Part shown: positions 60,689-64,000 of the stretch, in pieces | Numbering within the stretch: position 1 is the first letter of the stretch | How the letters are laid out: every line of letters starts with the position of its first letter | Program-made: the position numbers and the translations under genes | Notes under the pieces: model-generated | Told to the model about the DNA's origin: nothing | The model's database searches: none | What the model saw: the letters and a program-made list of their open reading frames with translations, nothing else | From: a bacterium | Lineage (GTDB): Bacteria > SAR324 > XYD2-FULL-50-16 > G965216635 | Assembly (NCBI GenBank): GCA_965216635.1 | Contig: OZ244188.1 | Location: forward strand, 1,472,001-1,536,000 | Direction: 5' to 3' | Length of the DNA stretch: 64,000 nt

Positions 60689-60817
60689 TAGACCTTTGAA
60701 TTTGCTTATCTAGTTTAGCCAAAGCAAACGTTGAAAAAAATTTTTTCGCACCTGTTCTAACCATTTGGCTAGCCTTCGCAGCTGGTTTTGTCCTATTTGG
60801 CGAAATTCAAAGCTCTA
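60689..60817. mobile_element. Palindromic element, short full copy
   Basis: TAGACCTTTGAATTT...AAATTCAAAGCTCTA. Confidence 0.8.
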
Positions 60818-60848
60818 TTAAATTAAATTTTGTCTAATACTTACTGTA

Positions 60849-62222
60849 TCAGCACTCAATTACATTCGTAGCCAATCCCCCTTTAGAAGTCTCCTTATAC
60901 TGCGTTTTCATATCCTCCCCAGTGGCTTTCATAGTTTTGATAACCTTGTCTAAAGATACAATTCCTCTATCTTTTTGGTTCAAGGCGAGCAGACAAGCGT
61001 TGATAGCCTTAATGGTTCCCATTGTATTTCTTTCAATACAAGGGATTTGCACAAGCCCCATAATAGGATCGCAAGTAAGCCCCAAATTGTGTTCCATCCC
61101 AATTTCAGCTGCATTTTCTATTTGCTCCGCTGAACCATCTTGTAAAGCAGTAAGCCCTCCCGCAGCCATAGAGCAAGCAACTCCTATTTCTCCTTGACAA
61201 CCCATTTCTGCTCCAGAAATAGAAGCGTTATTTTTATAGAGACTTCCGATAGCAGCTGAAGTTAGAAAATATTTTTTAAGATCCTCACTGCTCGGGTCAC
61301 GGTAGAATTTTTGGAAATAGTGCAAAACAGCAGGTACAATTCCAGCAGCTCCATTAGTAGGGGCAGTGACTACATTAGAGCCAGCGGCATTTTCTTCATT
61401 GACAGCAAGCGCAAATAAGCTCGCCCACTGCATACCAGAATTTTGGTCTATCTTTTTGGTTGCGATAAGTTTTTTATAGAGCTCAACCGCTCTTCTTTTC
61501 ACTTTTAAATTACCGGGCAAGACTCCTTCTGTGCTGCAGCCAGCCGACACACATTTTTTCATAGCCTGCCAAATTTTAGCTAAACCTTCGTTTATTTCTT
61601 GGTCGCTGCGAAAAACTCTTTCATTTTCCAAAATAATATCTGCGATGGAGCAGTTTTGCGTTTTAGAATATTGCAACAATTTTTCTGCACTCAAAAAAGG
61701 ATAAGGCACTTCTCTTTCTTCGGCAGTATTTATGAGTTCGCCTTTTTCATTAAGCTGAGTATCTTCTACAACAAAACCTCCTCCTATGGAATAGTAGGTT
61801 TTCTCTAATAAAGTTTGAGTATTACCATCCAAAGCCTTAAAAACAACAGCATTGGAATGAAAAGGTTTTTGTTCGTCTTTGTAAATTAACTGCTCCCCTT
61901 CTTTTAAAGGAACTGTTTTTTCACCCAGCAATCTTAAAGTAGTATTCTTATAAATTTGCTCCACTCGGGATTCCATCTGAGTCGCTTCAATAGTTTCGGG
62001 ATGCTCGCCTTCTAGCCCTAATAAAATTGCTTTATCCGTACCATGACCCTTGCCAGTATCAGATAAAGAGCCATAAAGTTCTATTTGGATAGAATGAGTT
62101 TGTTCCCAAACATTTTCCCTTACCAATTTGGCAAAAGACTGTGCCGCTTTCATAGGACCTACTGTATGAGAACTGGAAGGACCTATGCCTATGGAAAAAA
62201 GATCAAAAATACTTACAAACAT
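60849..62222 (-). CDS. sdaA: L-serine ammonia-lyase
   Basis: [46 protein letters not shown]. Confidence 0.95.
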   Translation of the reverse strand: MFVSIFDLFSIGIGPSSSHTVGPMKAAQSFAKLVRENVWEQTHSIQIELYGSLSDTGKGHGTDKAILLGLEGEHPETIEATQMESRVEQIYKNTTLRLLGEKTVPLKEGEQLIYKDEQKPFHSNAVVFKALDGNTQTLLEKTYYSIGGGFVVEDTQLNEKGELINTAEEREVPYPFLSAEKLLQYSKTQNCSIADIILENERVFRSDQEINEGLAKIWQAMKKCVSAGCSTEGVLPGNLKVKRRAVELYKKLIATKKIDQNSGMQWASLFALAVNEENAAGSNVVTAPTNGAAGIVPAVLHYFQKFYRDPSSEDLKKYFLTSAAIGSLYKNNASISGAEMGCQGEIGVACSMAAGGLTALQDGSAEQIENAAEIGMEHNLGLTCDPIMGLVQIPCIERNTMGTIKAINACLLALNQKDRGIVSLDKVIKTMKATGEDMKTQYKETSKGGLATNVIEC

Positions 62223-62597
62223 AGTTTGTTTATTGTTGTGTGGCAAAATTTTACTTTGGTAACTAATAACTACATTCTACAATAATATCAACCACTCTGC
62301 AATGAGAAAGCTGAACGGAGTCCAAGAAAAAATAAAAAGATGCCAATAGCCAATAAATAGCTTGACAAAAAATGATTTTTTTGCGATTCTTCTATAAAGA
62401 ATAAGCAGAAACACCAAAAACAAATAAAATTCTTTTTTTTATTTGCTTTTAAAGTGTTTTTCTGCAATTATTCTTTATAAAGAATGAGCAGAAAAAATAA
62501 AAAACTGCCAACAACCAATAGTTTGCTATTATTGTTTTTTTCTGCAATCCTTTATGAAGTTTTGTTATTTAACCTAATTTTAATTATTTACACGATT

Positions 62598-63968
62598 ATG
62601 AAAAACATAAATTCCCAAGTTTTAAGGAAAACTTTCGCTGTTCGTTTTACTCTGGTTCGTTTCGTTTTGGCTCGTTTCGTTTTGGCGGCTATTCTTATTC
62701 CCGCTCTTCTTATAGGAAGTGCCTTTACTTTTGGAGGCAGCAAGCTGCAAGCCCAAGCGGTTCAAAGCAGTAGCAAGCAGGGATTTTTCGTTGGCATTGC
62801 CTATTTAAATGGTTTTAAGGTGGATAGCAGCACTAAAACCACTGGAGTCACTAATGCTAATATTGGATTACTAAGTACTACCAGAACATCCTATAATAAT
62901 GTTTCCTATTCACCTATCACCACTAGCATAGAAGCATACGCTACTTCTGACTATGATGATAGTCCTGATGCGAAAGCTGGAATAGAAGCTCTTGTAGTAG
63001 CAAACTGTGAAACAGGAGCAACAAGCTTTGATGCAACCGATGGAACCTATAGGTTTTCAGACGTTAGTAGTAGCTTGATTACCTTTGATGTAGGCACAAG
63101 AGATGAGGTAGGAAACACAAGGAGTGATAATAGCGGAACTGGAACTGGAACTTGGACTTTTGATGTATGTCGTAATCACTTTTCTTCTAATGGTTTAACC
63201 GCTGATGATTTTGCTGATTATACATTGCCTGTAGGTAATACAGTGCAGGGTTCAATATCAACAACAGACACAGACGCATTGACATCAACAACAACCAACA
63301 AGAGCGATAAAATCTCAGGCATTGGTCTGCAATTCAGCTTTAGGTGGGAAAAATGGAGAGCCTCTCTGACCCATTTTACTGGCTCTGGGGGAGCTAACGA
63401 GCTCGCCAATACGCTAGTAATGGCGGATTATTTTGTCAACGAGGATTTTTTTGTAGGAGGCGGTCTAGCGAGTATGAAGCTTACCAATGGCTCTGCCAGC
63501 GGCTCTGCCACAAGTCCCGCGATTCAAGTCGGCTATAAGAAGAACTTAACCCCCAACCTATTCTTTAATTTTGGCTTGACGAAGTATATCTCGGGGGTTT
63601 CTCTAGAAAGTAGCACAGCTCCGACAACTACTCCCTATACTCCCGATCCCACTTTCAAGATTGACAGTACTACAACAAACAGCTTGACCCCTGAACAGAC
63701 AAAAGAAGGAGGATCTGTACTGATTGGACTTGGTTTTGTTGTAAACCCCGATGGGGGGCTTCATAACATTAATATCCCTCCCAGTAAAAAACAAGATAGG
63801 AGAACAGAAGTAACCCAATCTGGAAGCAGAACTGTTACTTACAGAGAAACTATTGAGACTAGCACTACAACCACAACAACAGAAGGAACAACAGAAACAA
63901 CCACCGAAACCGAAGCTGAACTCAAAGCACCCCTCGTCATCAGCATCTCCTTCCACTTGAGTTTTTAA
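62598..63968 (+). CDS. Outer-membrane beta-barrel family protein (paralog D)
   Basis: Same architecture; ATG at 62598 (MKNINSQ), nearly the same leader as paralog B. Confidence 0.7.
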   Translation: MKNINSQVLRKTFAVRFTLVRFVLARFVLAAILIPALLIGSAFTFGGSKLQAQAVQSSSKQGFFVGIAYLNGFKVDSSTKTTGVTNANIGLLSTTRTSYNNVSYSPITTSIEAYATSDYDDSPDAKAGIEALVVANCETGATSFDATDGTYRFSDVSSSLITFDVGTRDEVGNTRSDNSGTGTGTWTFDVCRNHFSSNGLTADDFADYTLPVGNTVQGSISTTDTDALTSTTTNKSDKISGIGLQFSFRWEKWRASLTHFTGSGGANELANTLVMADYFVNEDFFVGGGLASMKLTNGSASGSATSPAIQVGYKKNLTPNLFFNFGLTKYISGVSLESSTAPTTTPYTPDPTFKIDSTTTNSLTPEQTKEGGSVLIGLGFVVNPDGGLHNINIPPSKKQDRRTEVTQSGSRTVTYRETIETSTTTTTTEGTTETTTETEAELKAPLVISISFHLSF

Positions 63969-64000
63969 GAAAAAAAACTGCAGGGAATTTTATAGCATAA

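Overview
AT-rich bacterial chromosome segment (translation table 11) with LPS, NADH dehydrogenase I and ParAB genes. The gene set and low GC suggest a host-associated, probably deltaproteobacterial/SAR324-like organism (inference only). The core genes are scattered out of their usual operons: nuoI/nuoH, ftsW, holA, ychF, urate catabolism uraD-uraH-puuD, metZ, msbA, parAB, gyrA, proXWV-like ABC, ftsH, psd, coaE, purA, rpmG, ispB, ribD, class-3 fbp, lpxD, purH, sdaA, tRNA-Ala(GGC) and rnpB. Five accessory layers lie on top: (1) about 15 full or partial copies of a modular palindromic intergenic element bounded by TAGAC(C/T)TTTGAATT...AATTCAAA(A/G)GTCTA; (2) four mosaic paralogs of a predicted 8-stranded outer-membrane beta-barrel with two very large hypervariable loops; (3) a 4-copy tandem array of promoter plus hendecad coiled-coil/TM (Bdr/DUF1640-like) genes; (4) defence-type genes: a Menshen-like DUF262/ATPase/effector operon beside the tRNA, two MTase-GIY-YIG fusions with different central regions, an orphan SPPY-type (probably m4C) MTase and a Fic remnant; (5) many short junction duplications that copy gene starts, gene ends or promoters around inserted DNA. 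All calls come from reading sequence and motifs; no database searches were run.
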